This document shows, in pieces, positions 1 to 10,104 of a stretch of 64,000 nucleotides of DNA. Positions within the stretch are counted from its first letter, which is position 1. Every line of letters begins with the position of its first letter. The DNA lies in NCBI GenBank assembly GCA_964291675.2, contig OZ219865.1, positions 96,001 through 160,000 on the forward strand. The letters run 5' to 3'. This DNA is from Alphaproteobacteria bacterium (GTDB lineage: Bacteria; Pseudomonadota; Alphaproteobacteria; MPNO01). Made by a program: the position numbers and the translations under genes. Below the pieces are notes generated by a model. That model was not told where the DNA came from and ran no database searches. It worked only from the letters and a program-made list of their open reading frames with translations.

Positions 1-422
1 ACCACATCAACATCCGCACCATGCAGATGGAGGAGACCAAGGACTTCTACGTCGAGAAGCTCGGCCTCGAAGTCGGCTTCCGCCCGCCCTTCGACGAGCA
101 CGGCTACTGGCTCTATGCCGGCGACGTCGCGATCGTGCATCTGTCCTACAGCCGCGACGGCGAGCCGCGGCGCACCCACGCCGAGTCGATGGGCGACGGG
201 CTCGACCATATCGGCCTCGACGCCGAGGGCTTCGACGCCATGCTCGACCATCTCAGGCGCACCGGGACGAGCTACAACAAGCGCCTCGTCGGCGGCGGCA
301 CGATCGCCCAGATCTTCTTCCACGATCCGAACGGGGTGCTGGTCGAGCTCGCCTACGACGTCGCCGGCGAGGGCATCGATCCCGAGACCTTCGAGGAGGA
401 GATGGAGGCGGTCCTGCAGTAG
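1..422 (+). CDS. VOC/glyoxalase family protein (5' end outside window)
   Basis: The frame is open upstream of ATG 21 and reads HINIRT, followed by FYVEKLGL...LDHIGL...QIFFHDPNGVLVEL, which are typical VOC motifs. Confidence 0.85.
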   Translation, partial: HINIRTMQMEETKDFYVEKLGLEVGFRPPFDEHGYWLYAGDVAIVHLSYSRDGEPRRTHAESMGDGLDHIGLDAEGFDAMLDHLRRTGTSYNKRLVGGGTIAQIFFHDPNGVLVELAYDVAGEGIDPETFEEEMEAVLQ

Positions 423-428
423 CGGCCG

Positions 429-848
429 CTATTTCGGCGGCGGGGGCATCCGCTCGAATTTCGCGGTCGTCTCGGAGTGCCGGGTGAAGGGCAGCGCCCG
501 GGAAACGAAAACCTCGACCTGCGGCTCGACGAAGCTCGCGTCGTCGATCGAGCCCACCTTGATCGCCTGGACCCCGGCCCTGCCCGACGACGAGCCGAAG
601 AGCTGCGAGCCGCATTCGGGGCAGAACTCCTTGGTCATCGTGTTGCCGCTGTCGGCGGTATGCCGGTAGGTCCCGGTCGTTCCCTGGAGGATCGTCAGAT
701 CCTCCTCCCTGACGAACACGTTGGTCGCGAAGCTCGACCCGGTGACCCGGCGGCAGTCGTCGCAATGGCATTGCGCGATCCTGACCGGCTCTCCGCTCAC
801 CGAATAGCGCACCGCGCCGCACAGGCATCCGCCGGCAAATTCCGTCAT
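429..848 (-). CDS. GFA (glutathione-dependent formaldehyde-activating/CENP-V) family protein
   Basis: GGCLCGAVRY, CHCDDCRR and FCPECGS zinc motifs. Start placed at MTEFAGG. Confidence 0.9.
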   Translation of the reverse strand: MTEFAGGCLCGAVRYSVSGEPVRIAQCHCDDCRRVTGSSFATNVFVREEDLTILQGTTGTYRHTADSGNTMTKEFCPECGSQLFGSSSGRAGVQAIKVGSIDDASFVEPQVEVFVSRALPFTRHSETTAKFERMPPPPK

Positions 849-920
849 TTCCGCTGCACCCCCGTTGGACTTTCGCCGCCAGGGTAGCATCCCGCCGCCG
901 GCGCCGCGAACCGCGCCGGG

Positions 921-3900
921 CTAGTGGAAATCGCGCGACGGGTAGCGCCGCCGGTCCTCGCCGGACGGCCGGGCGATCTCGTCGGCGCGGGCGAGCGGCG
1001 GTTTCAGCGGGTCGTCGCCGGCGGCGAGCGCGCGCAGGCGCCCGGTCAGATCCTCCAGGCGCCGGGCGACGACGTGGATCACGATGCCCTCCCGCTGCAG
1101 CTCGCCGCTCGCCCTGAGCAGGCGGGCCGCCATGACCTCGCGGCGGTAGCGCTCGAAAACCTTCGGCCAGACCACGAGATTGGCGATGCCGGTCTCGTCC
1201 TCCAGGGTGACGAAGATCACGCCCGAGGCGGTGCCCGGGCGCTGGCGGACCAAAGCGAGGCCGGCGACCGTCACCCGCGCGCCGTCGTCGATCTCGACCA
1301 GGCGGCCGGCCGGGGTGACCCGTTCCGCCGCCAGCCTGGCGCGCATCAGCGCCAGCGGGTGGTCCTTGAGCGACATCCGGATCGTCGCGTAGTCCTGCGA
1401 GACCTCCTCGCCCCGGCTCATCGCGGGCAGCGCGACCGCTTGCTCCGCGCGGCCCTCCCCGGCCGCGGCGAATAGCGGGAGCGGCGCCGGGCCGAGCGCG
1501 CGCACCGCCCACAGCGCCTGGCGCCTCGTGCGGCCGGTCGAGCCGAAGGCATCGGCCCCGGCGAGGGTCTCCAGCACCGGGACCGCGACCCCGCTGCGGT
1601 CGCGCAGCTCCGCCGGATCGGCGAACGGGCGGCGGCCCGGCCGTTCGCGGGCCTCGACGATCGCCCGGGCGCTCGCCTCCGCCATCCCCTTGATCTGGCG
1701 GAAGCCGAGGCGCAGCGCATACGGGCGGGTGCCGCCTTCGGCCGCTTCGAGGGTGCAGTCCCAGTCCGAGCGGTTGACGTCGGCCGGGAGCACGCAGACC
1801 CCGTGCTCCCGCGCGTCGCGCACCAGCTGGGCGGGGGCGTAGAAGCCCATCGGCTGGCTGTTGAGGATGGCGGCGGCGAACGCCTCGGGGTAGCGGCATT
1901 TGAGCCAGGCCGAGACATAGACCAGGAGGGCGAAGCTTGCGGCGTGCGATTCCGGGAAGCCGTAATCGCCGAAACCCTCGATCTGGCGGAAGCAGCGCTC
2001 GGCGAAGTCGCGCCCGTAGCCGTTTCGCACCATGCCCTCGATCAGCTTGTCGCGGAACTTGCCGATGGTCCCGACATGGCGGAAGGTCGCCATGGCGCGG
2101 CGCAGGCTGTCGGCCTCGGACGGGGTGAAGCCGGCGGCGACGATGGCGATCTTCATCGCCTGCTCCTGGAACAGCGGCACGCCGAGCGTCTTGCCCAGCA
2201 CGTCGCGCAGCGCCTCGGAGGGGAAATCGACCGTCTCCTCGCCGTTGCGGCGGCGCAGATAGGGGTGGACCATGTCGCCCTGGATCGGGCCCGGGCGGAC
2301 GATCGCCACCTCGATCACCAGGTCGTAGAACGAGCGCGGGCGGAGCCTCGGCAGCATCGACATCTGGGCCCGGCTCTCGACCTGGAAGACGCCGATCGAA
2401 TCGGCCTCGCACAGCATGTCGTAGACCGCCGGGTCCTCGGCCGGGATGTCGGCGAGCCGGCAGTCGACGCCGTAACGGGCGCGCAGCAGCTCGAGCCCCT
2501 TGCGGATGCAGGTCAGCATGCCGAGCCCGAGCACGTCGATCTTGAGCATGCCGAGCGCGTCGAGGTCGTCCTTGTCCCATTCGATGACGGTGCGCTCCTC
2601 CATCGCCGCGTTGGTGACGGGCACGATCTCGGAAAGCGGTCCTCGGGTGATCACGAAGCCGCCGACATGCTGGGACAGGTGGCGCGGGAAACCGGCGAGC
2701 TCGCCGGCGAGCTGGAGGGTGAGGGCGAGCCGCTCGTCTTGCGGGTCGAGCCCGGCCTCGCGGATATGGACCTCCTTCGCCGGCTCCGACCGCCAGCCCC
2801 AGACCGTGCCCGAAAGCGCGGCCACGGTGTCGAGCGAAAGCCCGAGCGCCTTGCCCACCTCGCGCAGCGCGCTGCGGGCGCGGTAATGGATCACGGTGGC
2901 GGCGAGCCCGGCCCGCTCGCGGCCGTATTTGCGGTAGATGTACTGGATCACCTCCTCGCGGCGCTCGTGCTCGAAATCGATGTCGATGTCGGGCGGCTCG
3001 TTGCGCTCGGCGCTGACGAAGCGCTCGAACAGGAGATCCATCCGGCTCGGGTCGACGGCGGTGATGCCGAGGCAGTAGCAGACCGCCGAGTTGGCCGCCG
3101 AGCCGCGGCCCTGGCAGAGGATGCCGCGCTCGCGGGCGAAGCGGACGATGTCGTGCACGGTGAGGAAATAGGCGGCGTAGTCGAGCGCGGCGATCAGCGC
3201 GAGCTCGTGGGCGAGCTGGCGGGCGACCGCGTCGGGGATGCCGCCGGGGTAGCGCCGCTTCGCGCCCTCCCGGGTCAGGCGCCCGAGCGCGCCGTCCGGG
3301 GTGTCGCCGGGGGTGGCTTCGTCGTCCGGGTATTCGTAGCGCAGCTCGTCGAGCGAGAAGGCGCAGGCATCGGCGATGGCGATGCTGCGGGCGACCGCGT
3401 CGGGATGGTCGCGGAACAGCCGCGCCATCTCGCAGGCCGGCTTGAGGTGGCGCTCGGCGTTGGCGGCGAGGCGGTAGCCGGCCTCGTCGACGGTGCAGCG
3501 CTCGCGGATGCAGGTCAGCACGTCGGCCAGCCGCCGCCGCGCCGGCGTATGGGCGTGGACGTCGTTGGTCGCGACCAGCGGGGTCCCGGCGCGGGCGGCG
3601 ATCCCGGCGAGCCGGTCGATCCGCGCCCGGTCGTCGCCGCGATAGAGATGGCTCGCAGCGAGATAGACCGAGCTCCCGATGCGGCGGCGAAGCGCCGACA
3701 GATGCTTCTCGAAGCCATGCCCGTCGCCATCCGCGGGCGGCAGCGCGATCAGGATCTGGCCCGTCGCGTGGTCGAGCAGGTCGGCGAGCCCGATCTCGCA
3801 TTCCCCCTTGGGGGCGCGGCGCCGGCCGACGGTCAGCAGCCGCGCGAGCCGTCCGTAGGCGGCGCGGTCGCGCGGCAGGCAGAGCATGGCGGGCGCATCG

Positions 3901-4115
3901 GCGAGGTCGAGCCGGGCGCCGACGACCAGCTTGATCCCGGTCTCCCGCGCGGCCGCATGGGCGCGGACCGCGCCGGCCAGCGTGTTGCGGTCGGTCACCG
4001 CGACCGCATGCAGGCCGAGCGCGGAAGCCGTCCGCACCAGCTCCCCGGGATGCGAGGCGCCGCGCAGGAAGGTGAAGTTGGTCGTCACCTGGAGCTCGGC
4101 ATAGGAAGGGGTCAT
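921..4115 (-). CDS. dnaE2: Error-prone DNA polymerase III alpha (DnaE2/ImuC)
   Basis: YAELQVTTNFTFLRGASHP PHP domain, GRGSAANS, PPDIDIDFEHERREEV, YGFPESHAASFA and the C-terminal SRDFH typical of DnaE2. ATGA overlap with imuB. Confidence 0.97.
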   Translation of the reverse strand: MTPSYAELQVTTNFTFLRGASHPGELVRTASALGLHAVAVTDRNTLAGAVRAHAAARETGIKLVVGARLDLADAPAMLCLPRDRAAYGRLARLLTVGRRRAPKGECEIGLADLLDHATGQILIALPPADGDGHGFEKHLSALRRRIGSSVYLAASHLYRGDDRARIDRLAGIAARAGTPLVATNDVHAHTPARRRLADVLTCIRERCTVDEAGYRLAANAERHLKPACEMARLFRDHPDAVARSIAIADACAFSLDELRYEYPDDEATPGDTPDGALGRLTREGAKRRYPGGIPDAVARQLAHELALIAALDYAAYFLTVHDIVRFARERGILCQGRGSAANSAVCYCLGITAVDPSRMDLLFERFVSAERNEPPDIDIDFEHERREEVIQYIYRKYGRERAGLAATVIHYRARSALREVGKALGLSLDTVAALSGTVWGWRSEPAKEVHIREAGLDPQDERLALTLQLAGELAGFPRHLSQHVGGFVITRGPLSEIVPVTNAAMEERTVIEWDKDDLDALGMLKIDVLGLGMLTCIRKGLELLRARYGVDCRLADIPAEDPAVYDMLCEADSIGVFQVESRAQMSMLPRLRPRSFYDLVIEVAIVRPGPIQGDMVHPYLRRRNGEETVDFPSEALRDVLGKTLGVPLFQEQAMKIAIVAAGFTPSEADSLRRAMATFRHVGTIGKFRDKLIEGMVRNGYGRDFAERCFRQIEGFGDYGFPESHAASFALLVYVSAWLKCRYPEAFAAAILNSQPMGFYAPAQLVRDAREHGVCVLPADVNRSDWDCTLEAAEGGTRPYALRLGFRQIKGMAEASARAIVEARERPGRRPFADPAELRDRSGVAVPVLETLAGADAFGSTGRTRRQALWAVRALGPAPLPLFAAAGEGRAEQAVALPAMSRGEEVSQDYATIRMSLKDHPLALMRARLAAERVTPAGRLVEIDDGARVTVAGLALVRQRPGTASGVIFVTLEDETGIANLVVWPKVFERYRREVMAARLLRASGELQREGIVIHVVARRLEDLTGRLRALAAGDDPLKPPLARADEIARPSGEDRRRYPSRDFH

Positions 4116-5656
4116 GCGAACAGCCCGTGGATGAACCAGGCGGGCGGCGCGCCGGGGCGGTAGATGCCCTCGCGGAACAGCCAGTAGCGGCGCCCGTCCT
4201 CGTCCTCGACCCGGTAGTAGTCGCGCAGCGCGCACGCGTCCTCGGAGCCCGGTCTCAGCCACCATTCCGGCGCGATGCGCTCCGGCCCCTCGGCGCGCAC
4301 CACGCGGCGGCGCACCCTGCGCCAGCGGAACATCACCGGCGGGTCGTCGGGCACCGGGGCCACCGCCTCGATCGGCTCGGGCGGGGCCAGCAGGCGGATC
4401 GGGCGCGGCGCGGCGGGCCAGGCCGCCGGCGTTTCGGCCGGCCCGTCGAGCGCTGGCGTCGCGACCGCCGCGCGTTCGGGCAGGTGGCTCTCGCGCGGCG
4501 CGAAGCGGAGCACGCGCCCGCCGCCGAGCCGGTTGGCCAGGCGGTCGATCAGCGCGCCCGTGTCGCCGCCCGCATCGACCTCGTGGAAGGCGGTCTGGCT
4601 GGCGGCGAGCGGTTCGGTGACGGCGGCCGCGAGCGTCATCGCGTCGATCCCGCAGGCGGTCTCGAAGGAGTCCAGCGGCGCGGCGAACAGTCGGGCGAGA
4701 TGGCCGGCGTCGCGCGACGCCCGGCCGGTGCCGACGGCGAGGCGGCGGACGTCGCCGATGGGCTCGAACAGCGAGAGCTCGAGCCGGCGGGCGCCGCGCC
4801 CGGCGCGTTCGAGGCCGCCGACGAGGTCCCCGAGCAGGCGGTCGAGCGCCGCGGCGATGTCTTCGGCCCGGCCGACCGGCTCGGCGAAGTCGATGCGGGC
4901 GAAACAGGGCGTTTGCGGCGCCTGCGGCGCGATCGGCTCGTCGACCGCCCCGAGCGCGGCATCGAGCCGGGCGGCGATCCCGTCCCCGAAGCGCTCGGCG
5001 AGGGCGCCGCGCGGCAGGTCGAGCAGCGCGGCCACGCTGCGCAGCCCGAGCGCATCCAGCGCGGCGACGGTTTCGGGGGCGAGCCTGAGCGCCGCCGCCG
5101 GCAGCGGCGCCAGCGCCCGGCGCGCGCCGCCCGGGGGGACGATCGCGACCGGCGCCGCCTCGCCGGTCGCGAAGCGGCAGACCGCCCAGGCCGCGCCCGG
5201 CGTGTCGGCGGTCGCGGCGCGGGCCTCGTAGCCCGCCGCCGCGAGGCGCGCGACCAGGTCTTCGGCGAGCGCCGCCTCGCCGCCGAAGAGATGGGCGCCG
5301 CCGGCGATGTCAAGCCAGATCCCGCCGCCGCCGCCGTCCCCGGCGGCTGGGGGGAGGGGCGCGGTCCACGGGCTGTAGCGCCCGCACCAGCCGGCCAGGC
5401 GGGCGAGCGCGCGGCGCTCGGCCGCGGGGTCGGCGGGCAGCGAGCGGAGCGCGGGCAGGATGGCGCGCGCATCGCCGAGCGGCTGGCCGGGATGGAGCCC
5501 GGCGGCGGCGGCATTGCGGTCGAGCCCGGCCAGCAGCAGCTGGCCGTCGCGCGACTCGACGGTGGCGAGCGGTGCCCGCCGGCTATCCCGCCCGGCGCTC
5601 CGGCGCAGCCTGTCGGTCGCGAAACGCGGCAGCCATAGCGAGACCACGCGTCTCAT
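4112..5656 (-). CDS. imuB: Y-family polymerase-like protein ImuB
   Basis: RVVSLWLPRF start, RYSPW, HLFGGE, GPERIAPEWW, RDYYRVEDEDGRRYWLFR. Lies between imuA and dnaE2. Confidence 0.95.
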   Translation of the reverse strand: MRRVVSLWLPRFATDRLRRSAGRDSRRAPLATVESRDGQLLLAGLDRNAAAAGLHPGQPLGDARAILPALRSLPADPAAERRALARLAGWCGRYSPWTAPLPPAAGDGGGGGIWLDIAGGAHLFGGEAALAEDLVARLAAAGYEARAATADTPGAAWAVCRFATGEAAPVAIVPPGGARRALAPLPAAALRLAPETVAALDALGLRSVAALLDLPRGALAERFGDGIAARLDAALGAVDEPIAPQAPQTPCFARIDFAEPVGRAEDIAAALDRLLGDLVGGLERAGRGARRLELSLFEPIGDVRRLAVGTGRASRDAGHLARLFAAPLDSFETACGIDAMTLAAAVTEPLAASQTAFHEVDAGGDTGALIDRLANRLGGGRVLRFAPRESHLPERAAVATPALDGPAETPAAWPAAPRPIRLLAPPEPIEAVAPVPDDPPVMFRWRRVRRRVVRAEGPERIAPEWWLRPGSEDACALRDYYRVEDEDGRRYWLFREGIYRPGAPPAWFIHGLFA

Positions 5657-6368
5657 CGCGCCACTCCACTTGCCAGTCGCCGGGCGGTCCGCCGCGGCAG
5701 CGAAACATCTCGAGCCGCCAGCCGGGCCCCGCCGCCCGGGGCGCTGCGGCGACGCGCCAGCGGGTGGCCGCGGCGTTCGGGACGGCGGCGGCGCCGGCCG
5801 GGCGCAGCATCAGCGCGGTCACCCCGCTGGAGGCGGCGGCGTGCTGCAGCCGCCGGCTCTCGGTCAGCGAGACCGCGGCCAGCGCGCCGACGACCGCGGC
5901 CAGCGCGCCGCAGCGAAGCCCGTCCTCCATCGCCCACAGGGTTTCGGCGTCGCTGCCGGTGCGGGCGAGGACCAGCCGTCCGGGGTCGAGCCCGAAGCGC
6001 CGCAACCCCGGCGGATGCAGCGCGCCGGAATCGAGAATGCGCCCGCCTTCGCACCAGAGCACCGGGCCGTCCCCCGAGAGCGCGGCGAGATGGGCGGAAA
6101 ACGCGCTCGCCGTCCCGGCCATGGCGCTGTCCGCGGCGACGATCTCGTGCAGCGCGCCGGCCGGCAGCCCGCCCCAGGGAAGATGCCGGTCGATCTCGTC
6201 CAGGCCGAGCCTCAGCACGGCCGCCCCGCCGCCGGGCCAGCCCGGCCCGACCCCCTCGATCCGGCGGATCGCGGCGCGCAGCCGGTCGAGGACGGCGGGA
6301 TCGCGCAGCGCCGGCCTGGGCAGGGGCGCGCGCGGCGATGGATCGACAAGGCGGAATGCAGACCTCAC
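5583..6368 (-). CDS. imuA: ImuA (RecA/SulA-like) mutasome protein
   Basis: GGLPAGALHEI, LWAMEDGLRCGALAAVVG, SRRLQHAA, TRWRV. First gene of the imuABC cassette. Confidence 0.92.
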   Translation of the reverse strand: MRSAFRLVDPSPRAPLPRPALRDPAVLDRLRAAIRRIEGVGPGWPGGGAAVLRLGLDEIDRHLPWGGLPAGALHEIVAADSAMAGTASAFSAHLAALSGDGPVLWCEGGRILDSGALHPPGLRRFGLDPGRLVLARTGSDAETLWAMEDGLRCGALAAVVGALAAVSLTESRRLQHAAASSGVTALMLRPAGAAAVPNAAATRWRVAAAPRAAGPGWRLEMFRCRGGPPGDWQVEWRDETRGLAMAAAFRDRQAAPERRAG

Positions 6369-6387
6369 GGGGCGGCTCTTCGTGTTT

Positions 6388-6413
6388 GTCCTGCAAATGT
6401 TCTATATTTGTTC
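6388..6413 (-). promoter_or_regulatory. Alphaproteobacterial LexA (SOS) box upstream of imuA
   Basis: GTTC-tatattt-GTTC at 6399-6413 is a perfect GTTC-N7-GTTC box. A third in-phase half-site GTCC lies at 6388-6391. Confidence 0.9.
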
Positions 6414-6550
6414 TCATCCCGGGTCAAGCCTCAGGATCCCGCTTTCGACGCCCCAAGGGCTTCTCCGGGACCCGGATCGGCCCGCAGTTGCGTGCGACCG
6501 TCAGACGACGCGAACCGGCGATGCCCGCCAATCGCGACGCGGACTATCGT

Positions 6551-7660
6551 TCATCGGGAGCGAGCGGTTGCCAGCTCGTAGCTGGTGCTGCGGCCGCCGG
6601 CCCGGCTGCGGACGAGGATGCCGCGGTCGATCAGGTCGCGGATGTCCCGGTTCGCCGTGTCCTGGGAGCAGCGGTTCATCCTCGCCCATCTGGACGAGGT
6701 GAGCTTGCCCTCGAACCCGTCCAGCAGCCGGTTCAGCATCTTTACCTGGCGTTGGTTGAGTGCGACCTGGGCATGGGCGTCCCAGAAGCCGGCCTTGGCC
6801 AGGACGGCGGCCAGGGTATGACGGGCGCTCTCGATGGCGCGCCCGAGGCATTCGAGAAACCAGACCTGCCAGAGGGTGACGTCCATGGCGCCGTTCTGGG
6901 TAGCCTCGAGGATGTCGTAATAGGCGCTGCGCTCGAGGCGGATCTGGGCGGACATGCTGTAGAAGCGTTCCGGGCTGTCTTCCGAGCGGGCCAGCGCCAT
7001 GTCGGCGACGGCGCGCGCGATACGGCCGTTGCCGTCTTCGAACGGATGGATCGAAACGAACCAGAGATGGGCCAGCCCGGCGGCGAGCACCGGGTCCATG
7101 GTCGGCGCATCCTCGAACCATTCGAGGAACGCCGACACCTCGTTCTCGAGGCGTTCGGCCGGGGGAGCGGTGTAGTGAACGCGCTGGTGGCCGATCGGGC
7201 CCGAGACGACCTGCATCGGCCCGTCCGCGTCGTCGCGCCACCGGCCGACGCGGATCCGGCGCAAGCCGCTATAGCCGGTCGGGAACAGAGCGGCATGCCA
7301 CGAGAACAGCCGTTCATGGGTCAGGGGTGCGGCGTAGTTCCGGGTGGCGTCGATCGTCATGTCGACGACCCCGTCGACATCGCGATCCGGCACGGGCAGG
7401 CCGCCGGCGTCCAGGCCGAGCCGGCTTGCGAGAGACGAGCGCACCCGGTCGGGGGCGAGAATCTCGCCTTCGATCTCGCTCGTCTTCACGACGTCCTCGG
7501 TGAGCATGCAGAGCGAGGCCTCGCTGCGCATCTCGAAGCCCAGGGCCTCCATGCGGCCGAGCAGCCTCCCCTGGGCGTGGCGTATGGTCGCCAGGGACCC
7601 CGCGAGCCGGGCCGTGTCCTGACGGAACCTCGGCCATTCGGGGCGCTGCCAGATGAACAT
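6551..7660 (-). CDS. Fic family protein (DUF4172 N-terminus, C-terminal wHTH)
   Basis: MFIWQRPEWPRF start, TSEIEGE inhibitory-type motif, catalytic HPFEDGNGRIAR, and C-terminal CSQDTANRDIRDL...GGRSTSY. Confidence 0.93.
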   Translation of the reverse strand: MFIWQRPEWPRFRQDTARLAGSLATIRHAQGRLLGRMEALGFEMRSEASLCMLTEDVVKTSEIEGEILAPDRVRSSLASRLGLDAGGLPVPDRDVDGVVDMTIDATRNYAAPLTHERLFSWHAALFPTGYSGLRRIRVGRWRDDADGPMQVVSGPIGHQRVHYTAPPAERLENEVSAFLEWFEDAPTMDPVLAAGLAHLWFVSIHPFEDGNGRIARAVADMALARSEDSPERFYSMSAQIRLERSAYYDILEATQNGAMDVTLWQVWFLECLGRAIESARHTLAAVLAKAGFWDAHAQVALNQRQVKMLNRLLDGFEGKLTSSRWARMNRCSQDTANRDIRDLIDRGILVRSRAGGRSTSYELATARSR

Positions 7661-7669
7661 GGAACAAGT

Positions 7670-7729
7670 TCCGCATAGTTTGCGGAGAATATGGTGCCCA
7701 TTCTCCGCATGAGCAAGGGTCTCCGCATG
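7670..7729. promoter_or_regulatory. Clustered TCCGCA inverted/direct repeats upstream of fic (candidate operator)
   Basis: TCCGCA-tagtt-TGCGGA (7670-7686), TGCGGAGAAT...ATTCTCCGCA (7681-7709), and TCTCCGCATG twice (7702, 7720). Confidence 0.55.
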
Positions 7730-7863
7730 TCTGGCAGAGATGTGCCATCGTGCTCCTCCGGCCGTCCCGCCGCCGAACCCGGCGCGTCGATGTCGTCCCC
7801 GGATATGCGAATATGCTATAGGCTGGGCTTCGGCCCAGGGCGCAACGAGGAGCCGGCTGCCCC

Positions 7864-8985
7864 GTGTCCAGATTGCAGTTCTACGTGTTCCGGCAGATCG
7901 TGATCGTGCTCGCGGTCGTGGCCGTCGGCATCTTCGGCATCATCTGGCTCACCAAGTCGATGTCGCTGATCGACCTGGTGATGAACCGCGGCCTGTCCTG
8001 GTCGATGTTCGCCTGGATCACCACCTTGCTGATGCCCGCCTCCTTCGCCGTCGTCGGGCCGGTCTCGCTGTTTATCGCGGTCGCTTTCATCTACTACCGG
8101 CTGACCATGGACAGCGAGCTGGTGATCATGCAGAACGCCGGCATCGGCCGTCTCCAGATCGCCCGCCCCGCGCTGCTGGTGGCGCTGGCGATGGTCGCCA
8201 TCGGCTATTTGGTCTCGCTCTATCTCCTGCCGCTCGCCTATCGCGACTACCGCGACCTCAAGTTCCAGGTCAGCAACAACTATTCCTCGGTCCTGATCGA
8301 GGAGGGGGTGTTCTCCGAGATGGTGCCGGGGGTGACGGTGTTCGTCCGCCAGCGCGATCCCGACGGCGCGCTGCTGGGCATTCTGGTACACGACAACCGT
8401 CGGCCCGACAGGCCGGTCACCGCGATGGCGGAGCGCGGCGTGCTGCTGCCCGGCGACAACGGCCCGCGCATGGTGATGGTTCGCGGGCAGCGGCAGGAAC
8501 GGCGCGCCGAGGGCAATGTCGCGCGGCTCCAGTTCGACCGTTACGAGATGCAGTTCACCACGCGGTCGAAGTCCGGCTTCGGACGGTGGCAGAGCCCGCA
8601 CGAGCAGTTCCTGCGCGACTTGTTCGATCCGCCCGAGGCGCTCGGCGGCAGGTCGCGCTACCACCAGTTCCGCATGGAGGGGCACGACCGTCTGACCGCG
8701 CCGCTGATGAACCTGGCCCTGCCGCTGGTCGCGCTGGCGCTGCTGCTCGGCGCGGAGTTCAACCGGCGCGGGCACATGGTCCGCATCCTAGTCGCGGTCG
8801 CCGTGATCGCCGCGCTGGAGGTGTCGATGATCGGGTTCAAGAGCCTCGGGCGGCGCATCCCGGAGCTCGCGCCGCTCATCTATCTGTGTCCGCTGGCGAC
8901 GATCTCGGTCTGCTTCCTGTCCCTGTGGCGCGGCCCCTTCGGCCTGTGGCGGCGGCCGGTTCCGGGCGCCGCCGGGGTATCCTAG
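7864..8985 (+). CDS. lptF: LPS export ABC permease LptF
   Basis: YjgP/YjgQ-type TM pattern, YYRLTMDSELVIMQNAG, IEEGVF. Upstream of lptG-lptD. Confidence 0.88.
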   Translation: MSRLQFYVFRQIVIVLAVVAVGIFGIIWLTKSMSLIDLVMNRGLSWSMFAWITTLLMPASFAVVGPVSLFIAVAFIYYRLTMDSELVIMQNAGIGRLQIARPALLVALAMVAIGYLVSLYLLPLAYRDYRDLKFQVSNNYSSVLIEEGVFSEMVPGVTVFVRQRDPDGALLGILVHDNRRPDRPVTAMAERGVLLPGDNGPRMVMVRGQRQERRAEGNVARLQFDRYEMQFTTRSKSGFGRWQSPHEQFLRDLFDPPEALGGRSRYHQFRMEGHDRLTAPLMNLALPLVALALLLGAEFNRRGHMVRILVAVAVIAALEVSMIGFKSLGRRIPELAPLIYLCPLATISVCFLSLWRGPFGLWRRPVPGAAGVS

Positions 8986-9003
8986 CGACGCCCGCCGGAC
9001 GCC

Positions 9004-10098
9004 ATGCGCATTTCGCTCCGCCTGTCGCTCTACGTCCTGCGGTTGTTCTTCTCCTGGATGGCCGCCGTGCTGTTCGCGCTGGGCGCGGTGATCCTGATGT
9101 TCGACTCGGTCGAGCTGTTCCGCAAGGCGGCGCAGAACCAGGAGGCGACCTTCGGGGTCATCATGTCGATGAGCCTCATGAAGGTGCCGCATCTGCTGGA
9201 GCGCGCGCTTCCGGTCGCCACGCTGATTGCGACGATGCTGACGCTGTGGCGCCTCAACCGGCATCATGAGCTTGTCGTGGTGCGCTCGTTCGGCGTTTCG
9301 GTGTGGCAGACCCTGCTGCCCGTCGCCGTCGGCGCCGCCGCCATCGGGGTGGCGGAGCTGGTTGCGGTCAACCCGATCTCCGCCGCGCTCTACGCCCAGT
9401 ACCAGTCGCTGGAAGAGACGGTTCTCAATCGAAGATCCGCCTCCGCGGCGATCAGCGGCGGCAGCGTCTGGTTCCGCCAGCCGACCGGGGACGGCCACTA
9501 CTTCATGCACGCCAACGGGATCGAGCCGGCCACCGGCCTGCTGACGTCGGTGATGGTGCTGACGATGGAGGAGGGGGACCGCTTCGTCCGCCGGATCGAT
9601 GCCGATCGCGCCCGCCTGGGCCGGGGCTACTGGGCGCTCTACGACGTGACGATCGAGACGCCGCCCCACCCGCCGCGCCATGCGCCGGCCTACCGGCTGG
9701 AGACCGATCTCACGCTGGAGAAGATCCAGGACAGCTTCGCCGACCCCGCGACGCTCTCCTTTTTCGAGCTCCCCGCTTTCGTGCAGGTGCTCGAAGCCGC
9801 CGGGGTTTCCGCCATCAATCACCGATTGCACTGGCACATCCTGCTCGCGCAGCCTTTGCTGATGGTCTCGATCGTGCTGGTCGCCGCGACGTTCTCGCTC
9901 CGCCCGGTGCGGCGCGGCGGGACCCGGCTGATCTTCGTCACCGGGCTGGTCTGCGGTTTCCTGCTGTTCATCGTCGTCGACGTCATCACGGCGCTCGGCG
10001 CCTCGGCGCGCATTCCGGTCTGGCTGGCTGCGTGGAGCCCGACGGCAATCGCGACGATGCTGGGATCGGCGATGCTGCTGCACCTCGAAGACGGCTGA
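9004..10098 (+). CDS. lptG: LPS export ABC permease LptG
   Basis: RLNRHHELVVVRSFGVSVWQ, LSFFELP, and the C-terminal LLHLEDG typical of alphaproteobacterial LptG. Confidence 0.92.
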   Translation: MRISLRLSLYVLRLFFSWMAAVLFALGAVILMFDSVELFRKAAQNQEATFGVIMSMSLMKVPHLLERALPVATLIATMLTLWRLNRHHELVVVRSFGVSVWQTLLPVAVGAAAIGVAELVAVNPISAALYAQYQSLEETVLNRRSASAAISGGSVWFRQPTGDGHYFMHANGIEPATGLLTSVMVLTMEEGDRFVRRIDADRARLGRGYWALYDVTIETPPHPPRHAPAYRLETDLTLEKIQDSFADPATLSFFELPAFVQVLEAAGVSAINHRLHWHILLAQPLLMVSIVLVAATFSLRPVRRGGTRLIFVTGLVCGFLLFIVVDVITALGASARIPVWLAAWSPTAIATMLGSAMLLHLEDG

Positions 10099-10104
10099 CC
10101 CGCG

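Noticed and set aside
253-3801. Very long alternative-frame and antisense ORFs (also 8788-11892, 30336-33023, 49384-52227)
   Set aside because: These are Arg/Gly/Pro-rich shadow ORFs caused by high GC, and they overlap well-supported genes.
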